Positions 13,445 through 26,800 of a DNA stretch of 64,000 nt are shown here, piece by piece (within the stretch, counting starts at the first letter, position 1; every line of letters begins with the position of its first letter). Position numbers and translations under genes: made by a program. The DNA comes from Antedon mediterranea (lineage: Eukaryota; Animalia; Echinodermata), in assembly GCF_964355755.1 (NCBI RefSeq), contig NC_092672.1, positions 5,022,001 through 5,086,000 of the forward strand, in the 5' to 3' direction. The notes under the pieces are model-generated. The model saw only the letters and a program-made list of their open reading frames with translations, was not told the origin of the DNA and searched no databases.

Positions 13445-14000
13445 ATCTATCCAGCGTCTTCTGATGAACTCCAATGCTGGACCTCCATTCCTTCCTGTCC
13501 TGTATTTATTCAACTTTCTCTTTTTGCAGCAAATCAGATGTCAGCGCTGGTGTGCAAATTGATCTTTTTCTCTGAGTCACCACTTCAGACTGTACTCCTC
13601 TCTTTCTTCCTTCTCCTGCCCCTTTTGCAAACTGTACACTTCTCTTTCTCCTTATTGATGTCATTTCTGGTAGTCTCCATATGGAGGCCAATTTACACAG
13701 ACGAGCGTTAACGGTAAGCGGAAAGCTGCGTATCTTGTCCCAGTCAAATCTGTATCTATCCTGAGCAGAAACCGTCCGTCCGCTCCATATTGTAAACGGT
13801 CCTAAGGAATAACATACATCATTCTATACTCTTTTTAGTCAGATGTGCCTTCCAGTTGACATCTAGGAGTTTTCTTTAGCATGTATACCAGCGATCAAGG
13901 TCCATGTTTCACACCTTTGTAAAAATCAGAAAGATCTCCACTGTTGCCTTAAATAGTTGTACCTTGATGCTTGTTCCCAGTTTGGTTGGTAGCCATCTTT
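13445..14000 (-). mobile_element. Degenerate 3' fragment of an RTE-like non-LTR retrotransposon
   Basis: Broken minus-strand frames give IKVQLFKATVE..ETWTL..LDVNWKAHLTK..LPEMTSIRRKR.VQFA. These resemble the post-RT C-terminal region of RTE-clade LINEs, with frameshifts and stops. Confidence 0.7.
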
Positions 14001-14677
14001 AGCTAAAACAATTCTCTAGGCCACGTTTCATAAAACCATACCACATTTTCTCGGTTAGCATGTATGCAGCTGTGTCTGAGAGTTGTTTTGTCTGCTTCAA
14101 ACAAACACCATGTGTTGCTACCATTTCTCATGTTAATTAACACCATTACCTGGGTCAAGCTGAGAGTTAATTAAGTTATTATGAAACTTTGATTCAATTA
14201 ATTTATACAAACTGGACCTCAGGGTCCTGTCTTCAAAGTCAAGGTAATCATGGCACATGTGGAGGTGCAGAAATGGTATCCAAGGTTTCCATCTGGCCTA
14301 CTGTACATCTTTTAGAAATTAAAATTTGTGTGATAAAGATTATTATTCTTTTTCTTTCAATTTTATTTATTAAACTGTATGAAATCTATGTTTCCAGTTT
14401 TATGAAAGTAGTGAAATAAATATTTATTATTCATTCGATTCATATGTGGTATTTAGGTGTGCCCATAGGTTTATTGCAGATTGCTGATATCGCTAGAAAA
14501 CATCATTGTACAATGCATATTGGGAAGGAATTGGGGGAAAAACAACTAATCAAGTGATTGTTTCCCCCAAGTTCTTCCCAGCATGCATCTGTTACTCCAT
14601 TCAAATACGAATTATGATAATTAAAACAATATTTAATATGAAATTAAAATATAATAATAATATTCTTTTAATTTTAG

Positions 14678-14707
14678 TGTGATGTAGAGAGCGAGGAAGA
14701 CACCAGG
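14678..14707 (+). CDS. AUTS2: Coding microexon (30 nt, phase 0-0); equivalent to AUTS2 exon 5
   Basis: Acceptor ttcttttaattttAG and donor AGG|GTAAGT. Encodes CDVESEEDTR, compared with AUTS2 CDSDSDQEEK. It completes the family motif GxGYxCDxES across the exon junction. Confidence 0.92.
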
Positions 14708-15711
14708 GTAAGTGATTATGTAAAACAAATCATTACAACTATTTTATATCAATTTACCATCTTTTATCATTGGTTTCAGTACGATTATTGTATTCCTCCA
14801 ATTAAAGGCCATTTTGAATACTCTTTATATCAGCAGTCACATGTTAGAATTATTTACTGCCTATAGCGCTAAGGTACAGTACCCCCATAGCAGTCTTTAT
14901 TTGGAGGTGGTACATCCATCATTTTTGACCACCAAAAAAATAAGCCAAATTACCTTTGTTTTGTTGAGGATATTATTATACTTAGAATTTTAGGTAGAGT
15001 GTTTTTAGGAGGTATAGTAGGTTGATTGTTTAGAAGTAAATTTATTTTGAATTTTAAATTTTTTCGCAATTGATTTCGTTGGTGGCTGTAATTGTCGTAA
15101 CCTTAACCATACCAGGATGATGGCATTATACTGTGTATCTATAAGTATACACACCTTGCATATGGAAGTTTTATTTATTTTTCATATTTATATCTTTTCT
15201 AATATACTGTAGTTTGTACAATGCCAGCATATATAATGTACATTGAGTTCAAATTCATATTTAATATTGTGAAATAAAAGTGAATATATACAATATAATA
15301 AACTAAACTATTATTGGGTATGTTTTATGATTAACACGATATAAAACTTAATGAACAGAGTGAAAATAGGTTTAAGAGTTCATAGTTCGCTGTATATTTT
15401 CGCTATTATATATTTTTGTTTTATTGTTTGTTTTACATCTATCACCCAGAGATATTTTATTGGAAAATTAGAAAATTGAGTGACTTACACTTTTTTTTTT
15501 CGCTTTTCCAGATGTCAGCTTTTTGTAAAAAAGTACAGACATTATTATTGACTATATCAACCATTAAGTTTTATTAAGATGGACTTTTTAGTTCATGAGA
15601 ATACCCTTAAAAATGCATTTTTTTAACAATTAAAAGGCATGATAGCAATACAAAGTACTGCAGTATGGCAACACAAAGAAGAACTACAAAACAATAATAC
15701 CAAAAAAGTAC

Positions 15712-16183
15712 AGTACTGCAGTACTACTAGTAACAAAAAAGTACTGCAGTACTACTAGTAACAAAAAAGTACTGCAGTACTACTAGTAACAAAAAAGTAC
15801 TGCAGTACTACTAGTAACAAAAAAGTACGGCAGTACTACTAGTAACAAAAAAGTACTGCAGTACTACTAGTAACAACAAAGTACTGCAGTACTACTAGTA
15901 ACAAAAAAATACTGCAGTACTACTAGTAACAAAAAAGTACTGCAGTACTACTAGTAACAAAAAAGTACTGCAGTACTACTAGTAACAAAAAAGTACTGCA
16001 GTACTACTAGTAACAAAAAAGTACTGCAGTACTACTACTAGTAACAAAAAAGTACTGCAGTACTACTAGTAACAGAAAAGTACTGCAGTACTACTAGTAA
16101 AAAAAAGTACTGCAGTACTACTAGTAACAAAAAAGTACTGCAATACTACTAGTAACAAAAAAGTACTGCAGTACTACTAGTAA
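15712..16183. repeat. 28-bp minisatellite (aaaaaagtactgcagtactactagtaac), about 17 units, with degenerate flanks over ~15650-16460
   Basis: gtactgcag recurs at 15741, 15769 and onward. The units are near-identical and have no unique spacers. Confidence 0.95.
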
Positions 16184-16648
16184 TGATATAGACAGTAAAA
16201 AAAAAGTGCTGCAGTACAGTAATGCCAAAAAAGTACTGCAGTACTACTAGTAACGATATAGACAGTAACACAAGAAAAGTGCTGTTGAACATGCAATGCC
16301 AAAACAGTACTGCAGTACTACTAGTAACGATATAGACAGTAACACAAGAAAAGTGCTGTTGAACAGCAATGCCAAAAGAGTACTGCAGTACCAATACTGT
16401 AGTAACGATAAAGAAGTATGCAGTACAGTAACACAAAAAAATGTACTGCAGTACGCGTAAACATGAGTGTACTATAGTTAATTACTAGATAAAATTCCTT
16501 CAATAAATTACAGTAGTACTCCAAAAACATGGCTTGAATTCTGCCTATAGACACAATGTGTAGTAATTAGAAAATACCAAGAAACTGTGTTTGAAGAACA
16601 TTGACATCATTTCTTAGAAATTTTAAATTTGAATAAAGTTGAATTTAG

Positions 16649-16693
16649 GAAAGTGAAGACGACGATGAGGTTGTAGTGGAGAAGTCGAGTGCG
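16649..16693 (+). CDS. Candidate extra coding microexon (45 nt, phase 0-0), acidic
   Basis: Bounded by gaatttAG and GCG|GTAACT. The stop-free, purine-rich frame reads ESEDDDEVVVEKSSA and is frame-compatible with the neighbouring exons. Both splice sites are weak. Confidence 0.5.
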
Positions 16694-18388
16694 GTAACTA
16701 TCCTGTTTCATTTTTAGATGTATAGGAAATTGACGTTGTAGTTGACACTGCAGTTGTTATCATGCATCATTACTGATTTCCACGAGGAACACTTAATTAG
16801 CGCACTGATTCGCAAACTCAATTTCACGGTCGGACCCAATTTCCTTTAACTTGTAACATTGAACAGACCTGCTCGCACTCCTGCCAATATCAATCTGGCG
16901 AAATTAAAATGACGGCCTACGATGAGCCGAAAAGGAAAATAGAAATATAGTGGAGAAGTATACATGACGCGTCGCGACCGTTGTTTGTTAACAACTATCG
17001 GCTAGAATTGAAAACGATTGTCATGGGGGTGACCTTCAGGCAAGTTTGAATACGTGTCATCGTTCAAATGAAACCGATTTTGACAAGTCGGGCTGTGCTG
17101 TAATTGCCGTTGACTTTGAACTTGTTTATTTTATTATTTATAACATATAATCAAGTGTTTAATGTTTGTAGTTAACACATTTTTGACTTTCTGGAAATTC
17201 TGTTGCCAGAAATAAAATACTGTTAATTGATGCATATCATTCAATTATACGTTTAGTGTCGTACTGATATATGGTAGTGCATACTATTTTGAAAACCATT
17301 TTTGAACTGTAAAAAAGATACAGTAACTAAAAAACATTTTATAACTTAAAATAAATTATGTTGTTAATAACATCATTAAAACTACAAAATGGCCTATTTA
17401 TATTCAAATTTTTAATTTTTATTCATCTTTATTTCTCATGTCTTAATACTGTATAAACAATTTTTTTTCAATTTCAAATTCATCATTGTTTACAGTACTC
17501 GCAATAAATGGAAAGTATCACATAAAAAATATCTTTTTTTTTTAAATATAAATATTTATGTTGTTCTATATTTTTATTTACTTGTTGTAAATCATCTTCT
17601 ACTTCCTGAGCCAACTTTTTGTTTCCAATTTTGTTGGTACCAGTATGATAGTAAAATTTCAAACACAAAATATTTATATATCATAATATATCATCATTAT
17701 GTTAACCAAAGCAAGGCTTGGTATTCTGGTCTATTTTGTGCCTAGCTTACCTGGATTAACCGACATTAGCCTATTCTCTACTAGAAGAGAGCTATTTTAT
17801 TAAAAAACCCTATCATAATAGTACATTCCATGTATTTGTAGACTATGTAACAACAGGGGGAGAAGTAGAGGACATCTTTCATTTATTTTTAACTGTCCAG
17901 AAAGAGATCTTTTCATTCCAAATTATATTCCAAATATGTTTTGCTTTGTCCATCCCTCTGAGGAGAGTTTAACTTGATAATTCTGAAAAGAATGACGGAA
18001 TTTAAATAACTGCTTTGCGAAATCATTAACAATTTAAAAAAAGAAATATTTTAACTTAAAAAACAAAGTGACCTGAATTTATCCTTCTATTAAAAACTTT
18101 CTTGAAATTGCGATCTTGTGATTTTCACATTTTTTAGAAAACGTATTTATGTCAAATTTTGTCAAACATTTTTTAATGTCAATTTCCATTTAAAAGTACA
18201 TGATTTAATGTTTGTTATCAAATTAGTAGCAACCTTGACAGAGCCTGACTTCCTAATCTAATTTTCTTTCAAGTAATATATATTGATTTGAAACTGAATA
18301 GTTTTATTTGTGTTGTCGATAAATAAAAATTGAAATAATTCATTTAGTATTAAAGAATAATAACAACGATGACATGACATGACCTCAT

Positions 18389-18780
18389 CACAGTGGTAGA
18401 ACCTTTGGGACACCCCTATTTAGAGGACACTTTCCTTTGAAATGAACAAGGGGTATATGTTTTAATACTATGATGCAATAGGATGCCCCTATTTAGAGGA
18501 CACTTTCCTTTGAAATGAACATCTAAAAAGTAAAATTTGTGAAATTGTAAAAGTTCAAGATTAGTTATTTCGCCATTGTTGCTGAGCTGGTTACAATTTA
18601 TACAGAGAACACCCAGCAAAGTGCCCTTTAATAAGGTTGTGCTGATTAGAGGTTGTCTGTAGTGTTAAAATGTATATTATCTCTATTTCGTTTTCATCGG
18701 AAAATGTCCTCTTTTATAGGGCTGTCTACTAAATAGGGTGTCCACTGAAGAGGAAGGTTTTAAGGAGGGTTTTGCTACCG
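18389..18780 (+). mobile_element. Family D MITE-like element
   Basis: Starts cagtggtagaacc...gggacaccctatttagaggacac and ends with inverted motifs (aatagggtgtcc...gagggttttgctac). Confidence 0.55.
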
Positions 18781-19201
18781 GTTTTAATCATTATCATTAT
18801 ATCATTATCGTTATTATTGTATTAACAGCAGACACGCAGTTTCTTCTTTACTTAACTTTCATATTTTTCTGAACAATAAGACAGAATTATATTCTGATCA
18901 TGTCATATAAATCATAATGATAATGTCCGCACATATTATCACATGTCATTATGACATTTCAGATTATCATCACATTAATTTTTTTCATAATTTATAGCAA
19001 TGACATTCTTGTTTTCCTTAGTTCATTAATATTTAATTGCCTCTGTTTACATAACTATGAGTTATTTATGGTGACATTTATTGGGAATTTTACTGGAAAG
19101 TTTTTATCTGTTTGTATGCAACATAATGTTTAAATATGATATTTAAATAATTGTTCACTTATTATTAAGATAACATACTGTATATATTGATTCCAACTGC
19201 T

Positions 19202-19450
19202 AAAGCTCTGTCTACTACACTATCAAACTTTTTTTTTCTCTCTCTCTCTCTTGTGGCGTGAACCACCATCTTTATTCTTTCATATCAAAATTAAATTCAT
19301 TACAAATAATCAGTAATATCTGTCTTCATATGTTATTTCTTTATTAAATAGTTTCCTCCTTTTTTTTCTGTTTTTTATGTGACAAAAAAATGTGATGTGC
19401 CCATATATGGATATGATGATGTCATATCACTACCATATTTGGACAGAGCT
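19202..19450 (+). mobile_element. MITE family A copy with a ~145-bp insertion and a 3' deletion
   Basis: Left TIR at 19202; the body resumes at ~19375 (tttatgtgacaaaaaaatgtgatgtgccc) and ends ggacagagct. Confidence 0.8.
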
Positions 19451-22400
19451 GTACTGATCATAACTAGTTATTATTTTATTATGAAATTTAAAACAATGGA
19501 AGCCCAGTTGTATAATGTTTTAATATCTACTGTATATTTCATAAAGGAATATCCAAAATATTGGTGTTCTTTTTCTGGCTATTTTAATTTTTATCATAAT
19601 TTAGCCTTTTGCTTATTTTATTTATAAACCTCTCCATAAAGATCCAGCCATTTATACCCGCAGCATTATTTTGTTTGTGTGTGTGTAATTTGCCTTTGGA
19701 TTTATTTAATTATTATAAAATTATTATATCCAACAAGTTATTATTTTTGTAAACATTTCTGCCGTATTTATCAATACTTCTTGAATATTATAGATACATC
19801 ATTTATAAAATGAAATATAGTGTAGTATGTTGATAGTAAGATTTATTATGAATTTTTAGTCTTTAATTCATTAACAAGAAAAGGGGTACGTAAAATAGGC
19901 GTTATGTATTTGCATAACATATGACCATCGGCGCGGAAATTATGAGTTATGCTTACGATTTACAATGCTTTAAATACTTTGGCAGTTTTCCATAATATAT
20001 TCACTTCTAGTCGCCAAGGGGATTTTACGGGATTATGTGTAATTATGATCGGCTTTCACCGGCTTAACGCTTACGGAAACGGGAACACTTTAGTACCAAA
20101 TTCTTTGTGACAGGCAGGTTTTGCAAGGAAATACTCGATCTGTTTCCAAAGTTTTCAAGCTTCAGATTAACCAATGTATTTTCTAAAATGCTTGTCTAAA
20201 CAAAGAAAATCATGATTTAACATTGATAGTTGCTTGTATTAAAACCCTAATATGGTACAACCTACTAATGTTTCGAATATAATCCCACTTATTGATGGTA
20301 TAAGCCCATTTTAAATAATCCATGCAGGTGATAAGATTTGAATTTCAAATTGATACTGAGTTTTTCCATTCTAAATTATATTACTATTACTATAGCTCCT
20401 TTACAATTTTCCAAAAAATAAAACAAAAATTATTGTTTTTATGACAGCATAAATGTTTTAGTTTAATGTGATGACATAATCCAACATAATATAATATGAT
20501 TCAAAAATATTAGTATAATAATATTAATATAAATTATAATATTAAAATTTTTTAAAAAGTTGAAATAATCTAAAATGAATCTTATTTTGCACTGTGTTGT
20601 ATATTGCAAGGCTTAATTTACGTAACTTACTTAACACTTTAAAAAAAATAATAAGTTCATTTGCATTATGATGGAAATAGCAGATTACTGTTTAAATAGA
20701 TTATATGTTTATATTGAGAATTTGCCATTTATCAAAGCCAACATTTCCAAGGCTAATCATGCACTCAAAATAAATGTTGTACAAAGTACCACTTAAGGTT
20801 AGCTTACATATAACATTTACTTCAAAGAAAAAAAATGTATTCATATAAAAAAATAATCGTATACCTCTCTAGGCCTCTTTTTAAAATGCTATTCAGTCTA
20901 CACTATGTCAAGAAGAGGGCAAAAAAATCTCAATTTAAGATTAAAATAAATGGAAAACCATCATTGACCTTGGCCTAAAATAAAATAGTATTTTTGAAAA
21001 ATATCATTTGAATCTAAATAAACCCAAATAAACAACAAAAAGAGATGAATAAACTGCTTAGTCTCCATTCAATGTTATGGATCTCTGTCAGCAGGGTATT
21101 TGCGGAAATTGTTCCAATTATATCCAATTTAAATAATATTCTGGCAACCATGATGATAATTGACAGTAATTGCTCTACTGCTGCTTGCTGAAAATTGGCA
21201 AATCAGTTTGAAATGTCATGGAAGACGAGTACACTGTACGTCTAATTTTTTATTTTTTGATCTAATCATCTTTCTACGTATAAAAAATACATTTTTGATT
21301 ATATGTATTGCTTTTTTTTTGGGGTAGATTTTTATGGAAGAGTTGACCGATTTTATTCCGGTACCCTTATTGTTTATGAAAAAATATTGTACAGGTACCT
21401 TAATTGTATTGTATCGTATGTTCTGGTACCTTTTTTGAAGCTAAGGTTTTGCTGTGTAATATGTTTTAAAAATTTGTTTTAAATACCAGTATCAAAGATT
21501 TAGCTAAAACAATCTGATAGAAAAAGAATGTAGAAAAGATGAGATTGAAAGCATATGCATAGTTCTGAAGAACTGTTGAGGTTCTCAACTTTTTGATCGT
21601 CCTCAGAATTTGAGAATGTTATACCTTTACTTTCATGCTATTAAGGTGGGTTGAAAAGAAGATTTTATTTACTACAGGAATGTTTGATAAAGATAATATA
21701 CAGTATTTTGAAAATGAAAAAAACGCCATGTTAATAGTAGATGTTCCCCTAAAAAAGATTCAATGTTAATATAAAACAAAGATAAACATCTTTTTTTAAT
21801 ATGTAGTAGTACGTCTGTACAATCAATCATTTGCTTATTTAGTTTATTTTATATTATTTTCTTATCAGAACAGATTTTAACCTTATTAATAATTAAATTA
21901 CATTACATGCCCAATTAGTTCAGTTTTATTAGTAATTTTGCCAGTTAATTATAACCCTGTCTGAGCGAAAGCACAAATTAATCTGTCTCGTTCTCTGTTA
22001 TTTGTTAACACGGTGGTTGCCTAGAAATTACTTAAAAGATATGAACGAATAATGACTAATGAAAAAACGTCGCCATACTCATGGGTGTCTCGTACTTGAT
22101 AATAAAAAATGGGGTCAAATTTAGATTTCAAATTGACATTGTCATAATTTCAAAACATGTACTCCATCAAAATCGAATGTCAATTCACAAATTGAGGTAT
22201 TTTTTTTTTACATTTTACTATACACTATAACAATTCTCAAAAACTGTTCTGGTTCCTCTTTGGAACATCTTCTTACCAAATCTCTGTCTGTCCGGCTTTA
22301 TTCAGAGACTAGGGGTCACAGGGTCTTTAAACTTGGTTGGTGCAGCTCGGTATAAGCAAGAAAAGGTTTGCAATCATTACGTCATCAATGTCAAGGGTCA

Positions 22401-22563
22401 AATTTCTCAAATTGCTCTGATACTTGCTGGTTCCTTTACACCAGAGAATTTGAAAACATGTGATGTATTAAAAAATGAAGATAGGACCATAGATTTTTTT
22501 TTTCTTTTTTTTTTCTTTTTTTGGTCTTCATCGACTGCTCCATTTTGGATGAATTAACAGTTA

Positions 22564-23820
22564 GGCCAAATAAAAAAATATACTTGTTAAGCGTCACACC
22601 CTCATAATTTTTCAGGGGCGGGGGGACGGTTTTTTTTTTTTTTTTTTTACTTTTTATAGAGGTATATTTTTGCGCGGTGGACGTTTTGCCCCACTTTTTT
22701 AGGACGAAACGTCAAACTTTTAAAATGCGAAACAGAACAAAATTGACTATGTATGAAATATTATTGCTTATGACAAAATTGAGTTTTGTATTGTTTATAT
22801 CCAGACGTAATTAAAACATTAAATTTAATTGCCACCAAGCGAAATTGTAGGCCTTAGGCTAACTAATCCGTCCAAGGTGCTACCCCAACCTCACTCATCG
22901 GCCATCCGCCGTCTCTCGCTCGACTCATCTATCCAGGAAATTCCCTATCGCGAGAAGCATGATTTGGTCTCAATAATACTAAATAGTGGGCTGATTTATA
23001 GTTTGAAAACAGCTTACGGCATTTCTTAAGTGAATTTTTATTCAACGTATTCATTCTTCTTTGATGAATCCTTTGCCAATTGCTGTGTAAATCAGTATTT
23101 AAAGTTGTGATGCAAAAAGTGTATGTAATTATTCCAGGCAGGTAAACCAGGCATAAGGAAACCCATCGCCCAACAGGACCTCGTGGTGTGCCGATCTCGA
23201 GCGCGAGATCATCGTAAACAAAATTGGTAGAGTCCATTATGTATGGGGTGTTTCCTATTTACGAACCTATAAAAAAACGCGCTTCGACCACTGTGTAGGC
23301 AAAATATTTATTTCGTTAAATCCCTAAATTGATAATCGCGTATTCTGTAATCACGTGACTGATGATGTAATCTTCAGCGACGTACTAAATGCACATGATT
23401 TAATGTGTTGGGGAAAAAGCTTGCTGTTTACCACATTACATGATTCACGGTGCTATTCGCGTTTCCTTTACGTAAATCGGCGGCGTGTAAATGAAACAAT
23501 TGTTTTCACCAATTTGCCGTTGTCGACATAGAGCGATCGGCGGCTAGCGTTGTCTAAGCTAAAAAGTATGTATTTTTTCAAAAATTACACTAGCCTAACA
23601 AACATTTGCTAGTTTTGAAATTTTCAAATAGCAATTATGAAGAATCTACTAGCAAAATGCTAGTTTGCTAGCGTGAATTTCGAGCCCTACTCTGGAGCTG
23701 GGTCGGGCCGCTGAACTTTCCGTTGTATATCGGTAAAAAAAAAAAATAAATAAAAAGAGAGGCGGCTGGATAATCAGGAGCGGGCGGTGACGCTTAACAA
23801 GTATGTTTTTTTATTTGGCC
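22564..23820. mobile_element. Non-autonomous DNA transposon, 1257 bp, probably PIF/Harbinger-like
   Basis: TIRs of about 34 bp (GGCCAAATAAAAAAAtATACTTGTTAAGCGTCAC and GTGACGCTTAACAAGTATgTTTTTTTATTTGGCC), with direct TTA at 22561-22563 and 23821-23823. The interior is CpG-rich and has no transposase ORF. Confidence 0.85.
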
Positions 23821-26800
23821 TTAAATCTGTGTAAACACAAAGAATAATGTCCCAGCTTTTACCAAGCTTATCATTCTTTATGATCACTTTATTTCAGTAG
23901 TCCTTTAGTCCTGGTTGTTTTCTAAATCAAAAGTTCCCTAACGAATCAACAATTATGGGTACCCCAGTTGGTGTGTGTCAATCATGGCCTACATTAAAAT
24001 GATCTACTAACAACATCGATTGTGAAAGAGAAACTAAAGATAGAGCTACTTAATTTCCTCTATGTAATTTGATAATGAGCTGGAAAACATAACAATGATG
24101 CAATTATGATGTTTTACTGTGTAGCAGGATGTTATTAAATTTTATGAAATTTTCATGAATACCTGGCAACCGCAATTTTGGTTCTTAGAAAATCATATCT
24201 TTTGCTAATTAACTCACTTTCCTTTTCAACAATAAATAAATTATGATTGTGGAATATCATATTTTATAAGTGTTCATTCGTTCAGGCTTCCTTATTACAA
24301 AACTATTTGAAAGAATCAGAACATAGTTATATTAATATTTAAATGTGGCAGTTGTATTTGGAGAGACACGCCCTTTGGTGATAGTTGTCATTGATCCGTT
24401 TTTTTATATTTTTTCATTGAAAAGAATAAATAAAATAAAATCTTCCAAACTTATTATTTGGCTTAGATCCCACTTTAGGCTTAAGAATACAACAATGCAA
24501 TATATTTAATACAAGTATCTTATATTTAATGCTAAGATATATTGTTGTTATATAATTTAAATCAGTGTCAATTTTTATTATTTATTTACTAGATGGGACA
24601 AAATTTATATTTTTATTGAATTTAAAAGTTAATTGATTTAATTTTAAATTAAATATCATTTTTTACAAATCAAAGTATACACAAATCAAATTAACTATTT
24701 TTATTAAAGATTTTCTTAAAACTGTTTTGAATTTATCATAGTATATAAAATAAAATTAATTATTTTTTATGTATAGATTTTTTTAAACTGCTTTGAATTT
24801 ATTCGATGAACAAATTGCTCTTGATCATATTTTTTTTCTGATAAAAGTGTTGGCAAATTACTAAATCTGTCACTATCAAATGTAGGAGAAGTACACCTGT
24901 CTAAAACGAGTTGCTAGGGGCAACTATCCATCACTCGAGTACTATGGATTTCCTGCCCTTTTAAAGATTATTGAAACAGTTTTGAGTGACAAGTAGCATA
25001 ATTACTAAAATGTCATCAGAGACACAATTCCATTTCTTAAAATGCATCCATCTTCATTAGCACCCCTTTTTCCTGTTAGGCGGCCTTTCTTGCCGTCGTC
25101 CTACTATTCAAGAAGTTTGCACTTAAAAATTATGATAGATTTATCGCCCGAATGTAATCCAGCCGAAGGATGTAGTAAAGATAGCCTTCGATATGAGTTC
25201 ACAAACTTGCAATAATTTTAGCACTTTTTAGCACTTCATGAGTCAATCATACATCAAACATCTTGTTTCATAAAATAATATTGATAATTACTAAATTTCA
25301 CGTTCTTTGTTACTGCCAGAAATTTCTGGCTTCAAATGTAATTTGAAATATCATAATTGTGAAATATTCCATCATAAAATATGTTTTAACTGGTACTGTA
25401 AAAATATATCGGATTTGATTGACTTTATTGCGTATTTGAATAGTTTTTGATTCTATCTCCTGTTTTCTTTCATTTGAGTTTTATGTCTTTATATTATTTT
25501 AATAAAATAGTAAATTTACTGATGGTTTTATTACTTAGGAAATATGAAAATTATATTTTTTAATGTAAAATATTCGTAAAAGACAACGCCTTTGAAAATG
25601 TTAAAGTTTAATTGTGCGTTTTTTTAGTTATTGAAAATGATTTATTTTGATATAAAATACAGAAATTAGTCTCCATCTTATATTCAACCTTCTATTAAGA
25701 TCAAACTATTTTGTATGAATCAGTAAAATTATTAAAATGTTGAGCATCCTTCTCCAACCCCTCTCCCTTCCCCTCAGGTTTTTCCTTCCCCTCAGGTTTT
25801 TCCTTCCCCTTTCCTCCTACTCTAACTACTAACTTACTCTAGTACCAACTTTGGTAAAGGTGTTCTGTATTTCATTTGTTTACAGTTTGTACTATACTAA
25901 TTTTACTATATAAATCAATCAACCAAACCTCTCTTGGGCCTGCCTTCTCCCTTCTACCCTTTCCCCTATCTCTTTCCCCATCTCCCGTTCCGTCTTTCCT
26001 TTTTTAATACGTCCTAGGCCTAGGGTTTTAGCGTATTATCTTGTTTATTGTTTCGTTTCCTCTGCTTTCCCAGTTCATTATCCTAGGCTGGCTGTAACCG
26101 CTTTCTCTTTACACTCTATGGTACAAGCATTCTTGAAAACAAATATTTAGAGGAAAAAAATACCACACAAATTATGCTAGCTGTAACAGAATTTTTTATA
26201 CACATGTTATTAATTTGTTGATTTTGTCGAATACACTCAAGGGTAAGAAAAATGTCTTCTCACCCCTCTTCCATCTGCAGTTTCCTGTCTGCTATTCCCC
26301 CTTCAGCTCCTACCCCATCTGTTACTTTGTAATTCGCTAATTGTTTAAAGTTCATTGCAAAGACTTATTGTGCATTTGTCAACTTGACAAACTGTTATTT
26401 AGATGTGCCTGAGGTTGCTTGTGAAAATCTGTAAGATAGATATATACAGGTGCATTTGTATTCGGCCCCTCTCAACAGTCTAGTACTGTATTAAGAATAT
26501 TTTCTTTGCTTGTCCAAAATAACACATTTAACAAAAGATAAATTACAGCCAGCATATTTCATAATGACAATGACCTTGCAAGTAATCACTTATTATTATT
26601 AGTGAAAAATTATCAGAAACAAAGTATTAATGGCAGTTAAACACATCTTTAATATGAATAAAGAAAATATTTTAGTTTCAACAGTGAACATCATTTGATA
26701 TCGCTTTCAAAATCTGCTTAGTAAAAGTTCATTTTCCAAACGTTTCCAAATTCCGACTACACCAAAGGAAAAGCATTTAAATAATAATAAATTATTGCAC

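Noticed and set aside
13184-13711. 175-aa + strand ORF
   Set aside because: It is largely the antisense of a decayed RTE-like LINE fragment and has no recognisable domain or exon boundaries.
15490-15580. Strong acceptor tttttttttcgcttttccAG at 15511
   Set aside because: There is no credible donor before an in-frame stop.
15712-16183. CRISPR-like appearance (28-bp palindromic repeats)
   Set aside because: The units are contiguous with no unique spacers, there are no cas genes, and the context is a eukaryotic intron.
22829-23237. ORFs inside the TIR element as a possible transposase
   Set aside because: They are short and show no recognisable DDE or Myb/SANT-like motifs.
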